Of a stretch of DNA of 64,000 bases, positions 27,291 to 36,601 are shown piece after piece; the first letter of the stretch is position 1; each line of letters starts with the position of its first letter. Below the pieces are notes generated by a model that did not search any database, had not been told where the DNA came from, and saw only the letters and a program-made list of their open reading frames with translations. Position numbers and translations under genes: made by a program. This DNA is from a virus (Duplodnaviria > Caudoviricetes): positions 64,001-128,000 of the IMG/VR virus record IMGVR_UViG_2595698357_000001. One strand, 5' to 3'.

Positions 27291-28399
27291 CCAAGATTGG
27301 TGACTTACACATTGGAGCCAGGCAAGGCTCCAAGCATGTCCGTGAGTTCATCAAGGACTACATCATCAACTACTTCCTGCCTGAAATCGATATGGTCGAT
27401 ATCAAGGAGATCTTCCAGTTCGGCGACATGTTCGACGTTCGCAAGCACCTATACGGACGTGATCGTTACTGGTTGACCAAAGAGCTGGTGCCTGAGCTGC
27501 GCCGCCGTAAGATGGTCTGGCATACTATCGTGGGTAACCATGATATCTCCATGGAAGAGTCCAACCACGTGAACTGGCCGGCACTCCTGGAAGACATCGC
27601 TCCTGATGTGTTCCGCGTGTACAGCGAGCCGACCGAAATCGTCCTGGACGGCGTGAAGGTGCTTGCCATGCCGTGGATCAACAAAGAGAACTATGCGCGC
27701 TGCGTCAAGGCTATTGAGGATACAGACGCCAAGGTCATGTACGCCCACCTGGAGCTGGCTGGGTTCAAGATGTACCAGTCGTCCACCTGTGACCACGGGC
27801 AGATTGATCTGTCACTGCTGGCCAAGTTTGACAAGGTTGAGACAGGGCACTTCCATACCCGCTCGGCCGACAAGAACGTTGAATACCTCGGCTCACCATA
27901 CCACCTGACCTGGGAAGACTACAAGGACGGGTGCAACAGGGGCTTCTACGTTGAAGACCTGGACAAGCCGGGCAGCAACATGTTCATCCCAAATGACCCT
28001 GAGCGCACGCTGTTCCGTGTCATCAACTATGACTATTCGAAGATCCCGGCTGACCAGATCGACGATTGGAAATCTACCGAGTGGTTGAATGACGGCCTGG
28101 GGCTGCGCGGCCAGATCGTTCGCGTTGTGGTGACCAACCGTGACAACGTCAAGCATTATGAAGCGTTCACTGACGCCATGAAACGTTGTCAATGTGTGGA
28201 TTACAACTATAGTGACATGACTGTCACCATCTCTACGGAAAAGATCGAAGTCACCGAGGAGATGATCGCCACTGACGCAGTTGAAGTGCTGAAGACTGAC
28301 ATCCGTGCTGCTGAGAACATCCAGCGCAAAGATTCTGTCTGCAAGCTGGCTGAGCGCTACTTCTCAGCTGCCCAACAACGATTAGCATTGGACATTTGA
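27281..28399 (+). CDS. 47: recombination endonuclease gp47 (Mre11/SbcD-like)
   Basis: GDLHIG, GDMFD, VGNHD, GHFH, GSPY. Confidence 0.93.
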   Translation: MSIAKIGDLHIGARQGSKHVREFIKDYIINYFLPEIDMVDIKEIFQFGDMFDVRKHLYGRDRYWLTKELVPELRRRKMVWHTIVGNHDISMEESNHVNWPALLEDIAPDVFRVYSEPTEIVLDGVKVLAMPWINKENYARCVKAIEDTDAKVMYAHLELAGFKMYQSSTCDHGQIDLSLLAKFDKVETGHFHTRSADKNVEYLGSPYHLTWEDYKDGCNRGFYVEDLDKPGSNMFIPNDPERTLFRVINYDYSKIPADQIDDWKSTEWLNDGLGLRGQIVRVVVTNRDNVKHYEAFTDAMKRCQCVDYNYSDMTVTISTEKIEVTEEMIATDAVEVLKTDIRAAENIQRKDSVCKLAERYFSAAQQRLALDI

Positions 28400-28401
28400 T
28401 A

Positions 28402-30726
28402 ATGACATCTCCTTTGAAGCAGTTCCTTGACCTGGTGGAAGCCCCTGTGGCTGCACCCGATGTTCCATTCGCCGTCCCTCAACCGGGGGCGGTGACCCAC
28501 AAGCTGACTCTCCGTCGGGGGCGCGCCAAGAACTTCCGATCTGTGGGCAATGAGTTCATGGAAGTGGACTATCAGCGCAACGATGCCACCCTGATCACCT
28601 CTGATGATAACGGCGCGGGTAAATCCACCATGCTGGTGTGGTTGCCTATCTTCGTTCTGTACAACGACACGTACAGCAAAAAGGAGAAGAAGGCAGGCCT
28701 GGTCAACTCGATGAACAAGAAAGACTGCGTTGGTGAGATTGAATTCTTCACCAAGGGGCAGGAATGGAAGGTTCGCCGGGGCATCAAGCCAGATTTCATC
28801 GAGGTCTACCAGATGGAAGATGGTGACTGGAAGCAGATCGAAAACGAAGCTGCCAAGGCCGATACCAACAAATACATCGAAACCATTTTGGGTATCGACC
28901 AGAAAATGTTTGAAAACAGCTTGGTGCTGGGGAAAGAGAAATATATCCCGTTCACTGAGATGTATACGGCTGACCGCCGCCTCATGGTTGAGACCATCTG
29001 GGATCTGGGCATCTTCACCGAGATGAACAACACCGTGAAGGAAGGCATCAAAAAGCTGAAGTCGGATATTGACTACGGTGAAGCCCAGCTGCAGAACAAG
29101 CAGGTCGTCGTTGACGGCAAGCGCTCTCAGCTTCGCCAGATTGAAGAGTCCAACGCCCTCATCCAACAGAACTCGGCTGAGCAACTCGACACCGCCAAGA
29201 CCCGCATGGATACTCTGACCGCCTCACTTGATGAGCATTCCGAAGGCGTTAAGCGGCTGGATGTCGAGCTGGAACAACTGGTCGCCAACTCCAAAACTGA
29301 GTACGAGCGTGTTGTAGCCCAGAGCGATGACGAAGTCAACAAGATTCGCCAAGAGCACGACGCCAAGGCTGAGGTTGTCCGTACTGAGTTCCAGGAGCGC
29401 ATCGAAGCTGCCCGGTCTACCAAGGCGCAGGCGGTTGACCGCAAAACAGCCATGGTGGATGCTCTGAGCGTCAAGATTGACAAGCGAGAAGAACTGGTCA
29501 ACCGACGTGCCGGACTGCAGAGCAATCTGGATAGCAAGCTGTCTGAGATCAGCAAGGGTGAGGGCTTCCGTACCCGGTTCCAGGCGGAGATTGCTATCCA
29601 TGAGCAGTCCATTCAGAAGTTTCATGACATGGGTACTTGCCCGACCTGTACCCAGATGGTCACTGATGACACCAAGGCTCAGGTTGCCCAGACGTACCAG
29701 CCACAAATTGATGAGGTGAACGAAAAGATCACCAAGGTCAATGCTGCCCTGGAAAGCATGAACTCTGCATTTGAAGGGTTCAAGCAACAAATCGCCGACC
29801 TCGATGTCCTGATGGCTCCGATGTCTGATGAGATCAACAGCATGAAGACAGAGATTGCTGTTGTTGATCAGGAAGTGGCGGGGCTTGTCCGTGATCTGAC
29901 CAATATTGAGCGCGAACGCGATGTGGCGTTAAACACGCTGGAGCAGGCTACCTCTGCTGCTATCGATAGCATCACCCGTAACGCCAATGACCGCGCTCGG
30001 GCGGAAGTAGCTGGTATCGAGGCGGAGATTTCGTCCAAGAAGGCATACCGCGACCAAAAGGCTAATTTCGTTGTCGGCATTCAAACTGACATGCGTGATT
30101 TGGAAGTCCAGATCAAGGCGCTGGAAGCCAAGATGCTGGTTCAGCCTACGCCTACCGGCGCGCTGGAAGACGAGATCGCCCAGCTGGATGTCGACCTGGC
30201 TGAGCTGCAGGTTAACCAAGAGGCGCTCAACCATGACCTCCAGGATCATGAGCACCTGTTGTACTTCCTGCGCGATGACCAGACCAAGGCTCGTATCGTG
30301 TCTCTGTATCTGCCGTTCCTGAACAGCAAGGTCAATGAGTACATGGAGTCCGTGAACATGTTCCTGAACATTGATATCGACGACAAGTTCGACATCAGCA
30401 TGAATGCCCCTGAGCGTAAAGGCCAGAGCATCTTCTCGTTGTCTACCGGCCAGCGCGCGCGGCTGAATATTGCGATCATGCTGGCATTACGCGATGTGGC
30501 TAACCTCAAAGCGTCAATCCAGTGTAATATACTGGTGTTGGATGAGATCTTAGAGAACCTCAGCGAACGCGGTGTTCAAGAGATCGTCATGATGCTGCGT
30601 CACAAGTTCTCGGGCAACAACCTGTTTGTCATCAGTCAGCGTGAACAGGAGTTCCAGGAGTACTTCCAACACAACATCCGTTACGGCCTGCGTTCTGGTT
30701 TGACCCAGGTCATCAGCAAAGAATAA
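28402..30726 (+). CDS. 46: recombination ATPase gp46 (Rad50/SbcC-like)
   Basis: NGAGKST, coiled coils, CPTC zinc hook, LSTGQ signature, LDE. Confidence 0.93.
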   Translation: MTSPLKQFLDLVEAPVAAPDVPFAVPQPGAVTHKLTLRRGRAKNFRSVGNEFMEVDYQRNDATLITSDDNGAGKSTMLVWLPIFVLYNDTYSKKEKKAGLVNSMNKKDCVGEIEFFTKGQEWKVRRGIKPDFIEVYQMEDGDWKQIENEAAKADTNKYIETILGIDQKMFENSLVLGKEKYIPFTEMYTADRRLMVETIWDLGIFTEMNNTVKEGIKKLKSDIDYGEAQLQNKQVVVDGKRSQLRQIEESNALIQQNSAEQLDTAKTRMDTLTASLDEHSEGVKRLDVELEQLVANSKTEYERVVAQSDDEVNKIRQEHDAKAEVVRTEFQERIEAARSTKAQAVDRKTAMVDALSVKIDKREELVNRRAGLQSNLDSKLSEISKGEGFRTRFQAEIAIHEQSIQKFHDMGTCPTCTQMVTDDTKAQVAQTYQPQIDEVNEKITKVNAALESMNSAFEGFKQQIADLDVLMAPMSDEINSMKTEIAVVDQEVAGLVRDLTNIERERDVALNTLEQATSAAIDSITRNANDRARAEVAGIEAEISSKKAYRDQKANFVVGIQTDMRDLEVQIKALEAKMLVQPTPTGALEDEIAQLDVDLAELQVNQEALNHDLQDHEHLLYFLRDDQTKARIVSLYLPFLNSKVNEYMESVNMFLNIDIDDKFDISMNAPERKGQSIFSLSTGQRARLNIAIMLALRDVANLKASIQCNILVLDEILENLSERGVQEIVMMLRHKFSGNNLFVISQREQEFQEYFQHNIRYGLRSGLTQVISKE

Positions 30727-30757
30727 CACGGGGAGCCGGGGGAACCCGGCTTGAAAT

Positions 30758-31057
30758 ATGAAAGAGATCCTGCAGCCTATTGTAGACCAGGTCATCAATG
30801 ACTGGAATAAGTTGTACCCCATGCTGTCGGTGTCCATCACTGTCAAGCAGTACCAGGAAGAAGCTGGGCGTGTTATCATTGACGGCCTCATCAACATGAA
30901 GGGTGTTGGTGTCACCGATGGCACGTTCGAGATTGGCAGTTCTGTCGTCGGCTGGGATAACCCATCCGAGTTCTACAACGGCCTGTTTGCTTGCATCGAA
31001 GAAAGCATGCTGGCCCACTCCTCCATGAATTCATCTCATGAAGATAGTTCATTGTAA
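30758..31057 (+). CDS. hypothetical protein
   Basis: 99 aa ORF after a terminator-like hairpin. Confidence 0.6.
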   Translation: MKEILQPIVDQVINDWNKLYPMLSVSITVKQYQEEAGRVIIDGLINMKGVGVTDGTFEIGSSVVGWDNPSEFYNGLFACIEESMLAHSSMNSSHEDSSL

Positions 31058-31352
31058 GAAATCCCCCTATGATGTTTACATCGGACGCCCCAGCAAATGG
31101 GGCAATCCGTTCACGGTCGCTGACTGGGGACATGGGGTGGCCATCGCTAAATATAAATCCTATGTCCTAGAAAAACTCCGCTCTGGAGAATGGACAGAGG
31201 ATGAGTTGGTCAACGAATTGGGCGGTAAGACTCTTGGGTGCTGGTGTCACCCTAAGCCTTGCCATGGTGATGTTTTGAAAGATGTTGTGAACGGGATAAT
31301 CTTCTACAAGCGGCTCGGGATGAGCTACACGAAACAGATACACAAAAACTGA
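31038..31352 (+). CDS. DUF4326 family protein
   Basis: YDVYIGRPSKWGNPF...LGCWCHPKPCHGDVL. Confidence 0.85.
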   Translation: MKIVHCKKSPYDVYIGRPSKWGNPFTVADWGHGVAIAKYKSYVLEKLRSGEWTEDELVNELGGKTLGCWCHPKPCHGDVLKDVVNGIIFYKRLGMSYTKQIHKN

Positions 31353-31364
31353 GAGGAAATCAAA

Positions 31365-31976
31365 ATGACGATGTCAAAGTTGAAGACCATGTCTTTTATG
31401 GTCTTTACCCTTGCCAGCGGGGCTGCGACTGCATCTATGTCGGCTTCATGTAATGTTGAGTTTACAGACCACCAATTGGCAACTATGAGCCGCGCCTGGA
31501 ATACAGGTGTTGGTGACAACCTGGGCTACACCCTAGCAGCAATCTCGTGGAAGGAGAGCCGTGCGGGTGAGGATGTGGTGCGTTACCGTGGATCACTCAA
31601 GAGCGCCAATCTCGGTGCCTTCCAGAACCGGGTGCAATCTGCCGGTGATCGTGAGGGCTGTAAGACCAAGAAGTGCTATGCTGATGTTGCATATCGGCTT
31701 ATCACTGACCAGAAGTTCGCCTCTGAGCATGCTCTCAAGGAGATGAACTTCTGGATGAACACGCACAACAATAACATCCGCAGTGCCCTCGCCTCTTACA
31801 ACTCCGGATACTCCCACAACTCCAGGTCTCGCTCCTATGCGCAATCGGTCATCGTCAAGACTAAATATCTGAAGAAGTGTGTATCCTTTAATGGACGCCC
31901 GGTTGCCAATAAGCCTGACCCAAGCGTGTTAGCCTCGAACCAGCGGACATTATCCAAATTGAAGAGGATTCGATGA
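31365..31976 (+). CDS. SLT/lytic transglycosylase-like protein (T4 vs.1-like)
   Basis: Signal peptide; AAISWKESRAG, GAFQ, ALASYNSG. Confidence 0.75.
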   Translation: MTMSKLKTMSFMVFTLASGAATASMSASCNVEFTDHQLATMSRAWNTGVGDNLGYTLAAISWKESRAGEDVVRYRGSLKSANLGAFQNRVQSAGDREGCKTKKCYADVAYRLITDQKFASEHALKEMNFWMNTHNNNIRSALASYNSGYSHNSRSRSYAQSVIVKTKYLKKCVSFNGRPVANKPDPSVLASNQRTLSKLKRIR

Positions 31977-32575
31977 TGATCATTTTGCCAACCGACGTCG
32001 GTGTTGAGCACATACTGGTTCTGACGGCCATCCAGGCGATGAAGGACGGGGTGATAACAGCCCCGTACTCCGGCACCATCCGCAAGTTTGAGTATGCGGT
32101 AGGCCGGGGCTACTTCTCCAAGTGTGTGTTTGGCTGGCTGGAAACTGCCAAGGCCAGCTACCCTGGTGACCTCCAGCTGGGCGACGAGTACAGTGTGGAT
32201 GAGGTTGTCCACTATTTGTCAGTCAACGGCTTCATCGCCTATGACCGCACCCAGGAGATGTTCCTGCTCAACGGGCTGTGGAAGCCTTTCCCCTACTACA
32301 TGACCACCGAAGCCAATATACAGGACAACGGTGCTCTGGTGTGGGGAAGGGAAGGCATCGGCGCCAGCTACACAGCGTACAATACGCCGGGAGTTCCCTT
32401 TGACGGTACTGTAGAAGAGTACCTGGCTCAGTACCCGGCGCACAAAGTGGCGGGTAATGACGCGGTGTTGATCATGCCTGCGGCTCAAGCAGCACCCCGC
32501 CTGATCAACGGCTGGAACCCATCCATCCGGGCGCTGGTCGCTGAGTTTAGAACCAATCTGCCTTCACCAAGATGA
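31973..32575 (+). CDS. hypothetical protein
   Basis: 200 aa ORF, ATGA overlap. Confidence 0.7.
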   Translation: MMIILPTDVGVEHILVLTAIQAMKDGVITAPYSGTIRKFEYAVGRGYFSKCVFGWLETAKASYPGDLQLGDEYSVDEVVHYLSVNGFIAYDRTQEMFLLNGLWKPFPYYMTTEANIQDNGALVWGREGIGASYTAYNTPGVPFDGTVEEYLAQYPAHKVAGNDAVLIMPAAQAAPRLINGWNPSIRALVAEFRTNLPSPR

Positions 32576-32583
32576 GACTGCCC

Positions 32584-32727
32584 ATGGAAAAGAAATCTGA
32601 TGCACAACGTTACTGGGAATCTGTAGGGGAAGTCATCCTCGGCCGGGGTAAACCAAGCCCCGGTGACATCACCTTTAAGCCGGGCATGACAACTGAAGAA
32701 CTCATCAAGACCCTCCGCGAAAAATAA
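32584..32727 (+). CDS. small hypothetical protein (47 aa)
   Basis: MEKKSDAQRYWESVGEVILG...; fills the gap before the next promoter. Confidence 0.55.
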   Translation: MEKKSDAQRYWESVGEVILGRGKPSPGDITFKPGMTTEELIKTLREK

Positions 32728-32739
32728 TTTAAAAATATT

Positions 32740-32780
32740 TTATTGAATAACTTTACTTCGTCAATAAACCCACCTATTAT
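32740..32780 (+). promoter_or_regulatory. early sigma70 promoter TTTACT-17-TATTAT with inverted repeat
   Basis: TTATTGAA...TCAATAA flanking the -35. Confidence 0.75.
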
Positions 32781-32833
32781 TGAATTCATTGAGGGGCTGA
32801 CCCAGCCCCAACTTGAAACGAAGGAACTTTACA

Positions 32834-33211
32834 ATGAACGCTCAAGACAAACAATTTTCTGAATCCAACCTGATCAAACTGGCCGTGCTGGGTTACGGCG
32901 CAGTAACCTTGGAAGGCCAAATTGTTGACCGTGGGTTTGAAGGCAACATGGAAATGGGTATTTTGACCAACGGCAACAAACGCGCTGTAATGGCTAAAAT
33001 CCACGAACTGTACCTGGCTGACGGTTGGGAATTCAAGATTTCCCCATTAGACGGCAAAACCCCGGTTGACCATGATTACCATACGATCTTCGTCAAAGAC
33101 GGACGCCAAATCGGCTTCTACGCAATGAACGCGACCGTAGAAGTTAATGGAGGTCTCATCAAAGCCAAGGAACACTATTTCTCCGTGGGTGAAGAATCAG
33201 AAGCCTACTAA
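32834..33211 (+). CDS. hypothetical early protein
   Basis: Conserved leader ACTTGAAACGAAGGAACTTTACAATG. Confidence 0.75.
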   Translation: MNAQDKQFSESNLIKLAVLGYGAVTLEGQIVDRGFEGNMEMGILTNGNKRAVMAKIHELYLADGWEFKISPLDGKTPVDHDYHTIFVKDGRQIGFYAMNATVEVNGGLIKAKEHYFSVGEESEAY

Positions 33212-33306
33212 TAACGCCGCCCCTTTCCACAGAGGGGCGCCATGCCCCCTTTCTTATTCCCTAAATAACGATAATACCTAACGATATTCTATTCCTGGAG
33301 ACGCAG

Positions 33307-35286
33307 ATGAACATTACCCCATTCAACACCTTCCTTGAATCCTCGAAGGAAAAGGAAGTCATTTCTGAGGCGTTCAACTCAGATCCATATGAGCTCACGT
33401 TCGGCAAGAAAGGCGCGGGTGATGTGTTCTTTACCTTTATTGACGAAGACGGCAAGGAATTCCGCATTCAGTTCTACACCCCGGCTGGCCTGGGTAAAAA
33501 CGTTCGCCAGGTGTTCATCGGCCAGAAGAAAGGCTCGGTCTACCCTGATGCTCAGCAGCGCTTCAAGAACCCAATGAAGGTCATCGCCACGATGATTGAG
33601 GCGACCAAGCAATTCCTGCAAACTCCTATCGGAAAGAGCATTGACGGATTCGCTATCAACTTCTCGCGCAAAGCCCTGGAACGCGGCCTGACCCTGCTGC
33701 CTAAGATCATTCGCATGTCCGACCTGAAGCAGAAGGTCAATGTCATGGATCTGACCTATTCCCCAGACCCAAGCCGTGGCTATGTGTGGGTGATCAAGAA
33801 GGGCAAGAAGCCTGAAGCCGTGTTTGATGGCCCGAAAATGAAGGGTGTGACCTGGGACAACCCAGACAAAGTGGGTGATGCTCCTCCTGAACCTTCCGTT
33901 GGCAATACTGACTGGAACATCTCGGTCATGGCAAAGTCCAACAGCATCGAAAGCACCAGCGTCAAAGTGAACGGCAACGACGTGATCCTCGGCTCTAAAG
34001 ACGTCGCCATCTCTGTGCGCGACGGTGCAATGGCCACGGCTGCTAAAGGGCAAACCATTGCTCAGGTAACGATCTTTGACAAGCAATTCGTCGGCCGGGG
34101 TTCCGTTGGTGTGGCTCGCAGTGCTAAAGATCGCCAGGGCATGGCATGGGAACTGAAATCCAACGGCAAGATCGTCGCCCTCGTGGAATTCGGTGTTGGC
34201 GCGGTGCTCCAGTCCAATGATGACAAAGTGACCGATGCCAAATGGGAAGCCCTGGTTGCAGCCCTGGAGAAGACCTACTTCAAGGGCACCGTCAAGACCT
34301 TGGGTAACTCTGCTATGGGTACTTCCATCGGCCAGATCGTCAAAGACGGCATCAAGATCGTTGTTGGCATGATTCGTGGTTCTGAATCTGTATCCATCAA
34401 CTTTGACGCCTATGGCCCAGACAACAAGCAGATTACCCTTCCATTGACCGCCCGGCGCTTTGTGGACGTTGACGTTAACAAGCCTGATACTTTGACCGGG
34501 GTTGTTAACCTGGCGACTGACGTGATCTTGGAAATCGCCAATCGCGATCCCAATGTGGTCAAGGCCAAGGAAGGATCTGCTAGCAAAGAAATGACGCAGA
34601 CACAATGGCGTTCGCTTCAGAAGGCATTGTTCTCTATGGAAGGTATGACTGGCGTAACGTCTACCACTTCCGCTACCGCCAATTTCTATATTCCAGAAGG
34701 CCGGGTGCGCATATCCATGCTGCGTGGTGTCAAATCCACTGATGACCCAGTGACTATCACTATCACTGCTGTGGTTGACGGGGTGGACATGAACGCACCA
34801 GCCATAATCCGCGACATCGACTTCACGAAACCATCCCAGCTTCCACGTTTGATCAAGCCTGTGATCGACGTCAAGCTGGATGAGATTCGCAAAATGTCCG
34901 CATCCAAGAACAAGAAGACCACCACTATAGATCTGTCCGAGTACGCTGTGACGGTCAAGGGGGCGGCTCCTAAGATGCGTGGTGTGGAATGGCAGGTCTA
35001 TACAGCTGACAACGGCCAAACTCTGAGGGTAGAATATGATATCACGTTCCGCCGTAACACCCGTGTCGGTGCGATGAGTGAGTATCGCCAGCAGGTCAAC
35101 CGTTGCAATGACTACCTGCGTGATACGTTCGCTGCTGCCAAGAAAGCCGGGTTTAATCCACAGCAACCTATTCTGATGACCATGGATGCTGCCAAAGATG
35201 GTGATGAAGTCGCTGAGCGCAATGAAGGTAGCGCATACAGCGAATATGAGCAAGCCATCGGCGGCTCTTTGACTATCACTAAATAG
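33307..35286 (+). CDS. large putative internal head (ejected) protein
   Basis: CTAAATA late promoter at 33261; N-terminal F..FLE...ISEA prohead-protease-type leader. Confidence 0.7.
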   Translation: MNITPFNTFLESSKEKEVISEAFNSDPYELTFGKKGAGDVFFTFIDEDGKEFRIQFYTPAGLGKNVRQVFIGQKKGSVYPDAQQRFKNPMKVIATMIEATKQFLQTPIGKSIDGFAINFSRKALERGLTLLPKIIRMSDLKQKVNVMDLTYSPDPSRGYVWVIKKGKKPEAVFDGPKMKGVTWDNPDKVGDAPPEPSVGNTDWNISVMAKSNSIESTSVKVNGNDVILGSKDVAISVRDGAMATAAKGQTIAQVTIFDKQFVGRGSVGVARSAKDRQGMAWELKSNGKIVALVEFGVGAVLQSNDDKVTDAKWEALVAALEKTYFKGTVKTLGNSAMGTSIGQIVKDGIKIVVGMIRGSESVSINFDAYGPDNKQITLPLTARRFVDVDVNKPDTLTGVVNLATDVILEIANRDPNVVKAKEGSASKEMTQTQWRSLQKALFSMEGMTGVTSTTSATANFYIPEGRVRISMLRGVKSTDDPVTITITAVVDGVDMNAPAIIRDIDFTKPSQLPRLIKPVIDVKLDEIRKMSASKNKKTTTIDLSEYAVTVKGAAPKMRGVEWQVYTADNGQTLRVEYDITFRRNTRVGAMSEYRQQVNRCNDYLRDTFAAAKKAGFNPQQPILMTMDAAKDGDEVAERNEGSAYSEYEQAIGGSLTITK

Positions 35287-35339
35287 AACTATCATAGCCC
35301 CTTCGGGGGCTTTATTCGAAACCCCGAGAGGAAATACAG

Positions 35340-35654
35340 ATGAAAAAGTTTTCTGAATTCTTGATCGAGCAAGCCGCGCAACCGGCTACCCATGCTGGTA
35401 TCAAAGGCAAGACCCTGTCTCTGAAAAAGCAAGGCGATGGCACCCAGTGGAGCGACGTTACCACTGTGGCTGATATCACACCAGACAGCGCGGCCGATAT
35501 CTACAATCTGACTCTGACTGACGGCAACACCGTGAAGCTGACTCTGACACCAGATCAAGTTTCTGCTGTCAGCCAGGGCAAAGAAGTGGTTGCTGTTTGC
35601 GATGACTTCGAGTTCATGTTCGGTAAATCACCATCTGGTCCAGCGACTGAGTAA
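35340..35654 (+). CDS. putative internal head protein
   Basis: MKKFSEFLIE resembles the T4 capsid-targeting sequence. Confidence 0.7.
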   Translation: MKKFSEFLIEQAAQPATHAGIKGKTLSLKKQGDGTQWSDVTTVADITPDSAADIYNLTLTDGNTVKLTLTPDQVSAVSQGKEVVAVCDDFEFMFGKSPSGPATE

Positions 35655-35663
35655 GGAAACATC

Positions 35664-35906
35664 ATGAAAAGTTTTGGTGATTATCTGCTCAAAGAGCGCG
35701 CCGACCCACGTGAGTTCGGCAAACGCGGCTGGTATCTGTTGGACAAGGGTGAGTCCATGCCGACTGTAGGCCAAGATATGGACTACTTCGACAAGAACGG
35801 TGACAAGCAATATGGCATTGTGAAGAGCCTGAACAAGAATGGCATCATGACCATTCAGGACGGCACTACCAAGGCCAAAGTCAAACTACAGATCGTCCAG
35901 CCGTAA
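35664..35906 (+). CDS. putative internal head protein
   Basis: MKSFGDYLLKE capsid-targeting-like leader. Confidence 0.65.
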   Translation: MKSFGDYLLKERADPREFGKRGWYLLDKGESMPTVGQDMDYFDKNGDKQYGIVKSLNKNGIMTIQDGTTKAKVKLQIVQP

Positions 35907-35992
35907 ACACAAAGCCCTGGCACCCGCCGGGGCTTTTCATTGACACCTTCCGCGCTATCATACTGCTATCCCACACTCAAGGATAGGATCAA

Positions 35993-36601
35993 ATGTCTAA
36001 AGTATTCACCCCAACACATTCCGAGGGTTGTGCCATCGCAGCCAACTTCCTCAAGACCAAGTGCAATTGTGGCATCGTCTTCATTGAACCGAACCCATGG
36101 GGCAACAGCGAGTCTCCTGATGCCATAGGATTCCGCATCATGGGCGTCAGCATCCTCATTGAGGTGAAGGTGTCCCGTGCTGATTTCATGTCAGACAAGA
36201 ACAAGCCTCACCGCAAAGACCCGACTACTGGAATGGGCACGTATCGCTTCTATGCATGCCCCGAGGGCGTTATCAAGCCAGAGGATCTACCACCGGGCTG
36301 GGGCTTGTTGTATTTCACCTCCAGGGGTTATCTCAAGCCTATCGTGGCACCGCACAACATCACTTCTCTGCCCAGCCCACAGAACGTGCTCCGCAACATT
36401 GAGCACTACCGGAAGCGGTACTCTGATGAAGACCGCATGGTGGCGCACTACCTGGAGGAGTTGAAGTTCTGCTTCCAGGAGAAGAACATCACCGGTGAGA
36501 TCAATATCATGTATGGCGGCTACCGTCAACAATGCCTGGCTTCAAAGGCCGGCAAGCCGGTTAAGATAGGGGAAGTGTTCATCCGTCCGGAGATCTCATG
36601 A
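35993..36601 (+). CDS. PD-(D/E)XK nuclease-like protein (MmcB-like)
   Basis: ESPDAIGF...LIEVKVSRADF..DK.K...GMG.YRFY.CP...LP.GWGLL; TTCATT-N14-TATCAT promoter at 35936-35961. Confidence 0.7.
   Translation: MSKVFTPTHSEGCAIAANFLKTKCNCGIVFIEPNPWGNSESPDAIGFRIMGVSILIEVKVSRADFMSDKNKPHRKDPTTGMGTYRFYACPEGVIKPEDLPPGWGLLYFTSRGYLKPIVAPHNITSLPSPQNVLRNIEHYRKRYSDEDRMVAHYLEELKFCFQEKNITGEINIMYGGYRQQCLASKAGKPVKIGEVFIRPEIS

Noticed and set aside
29000-30300. Repetitive-looking Glu/Ala/Gln-rich stretch in gp46
   Set aside because: Ordinary Rad50-type coiled-coil arms around the CPTC hook
33379-35295. Long antisense ORFs (638 aa here; also 15043-16533, 4458-5603, 23842-24963, 41685-42632)
   Set aside because: They mirror real genes codon for codon, as expected from the strong C-ending codon bias, and lack RBS or recognisable motifs
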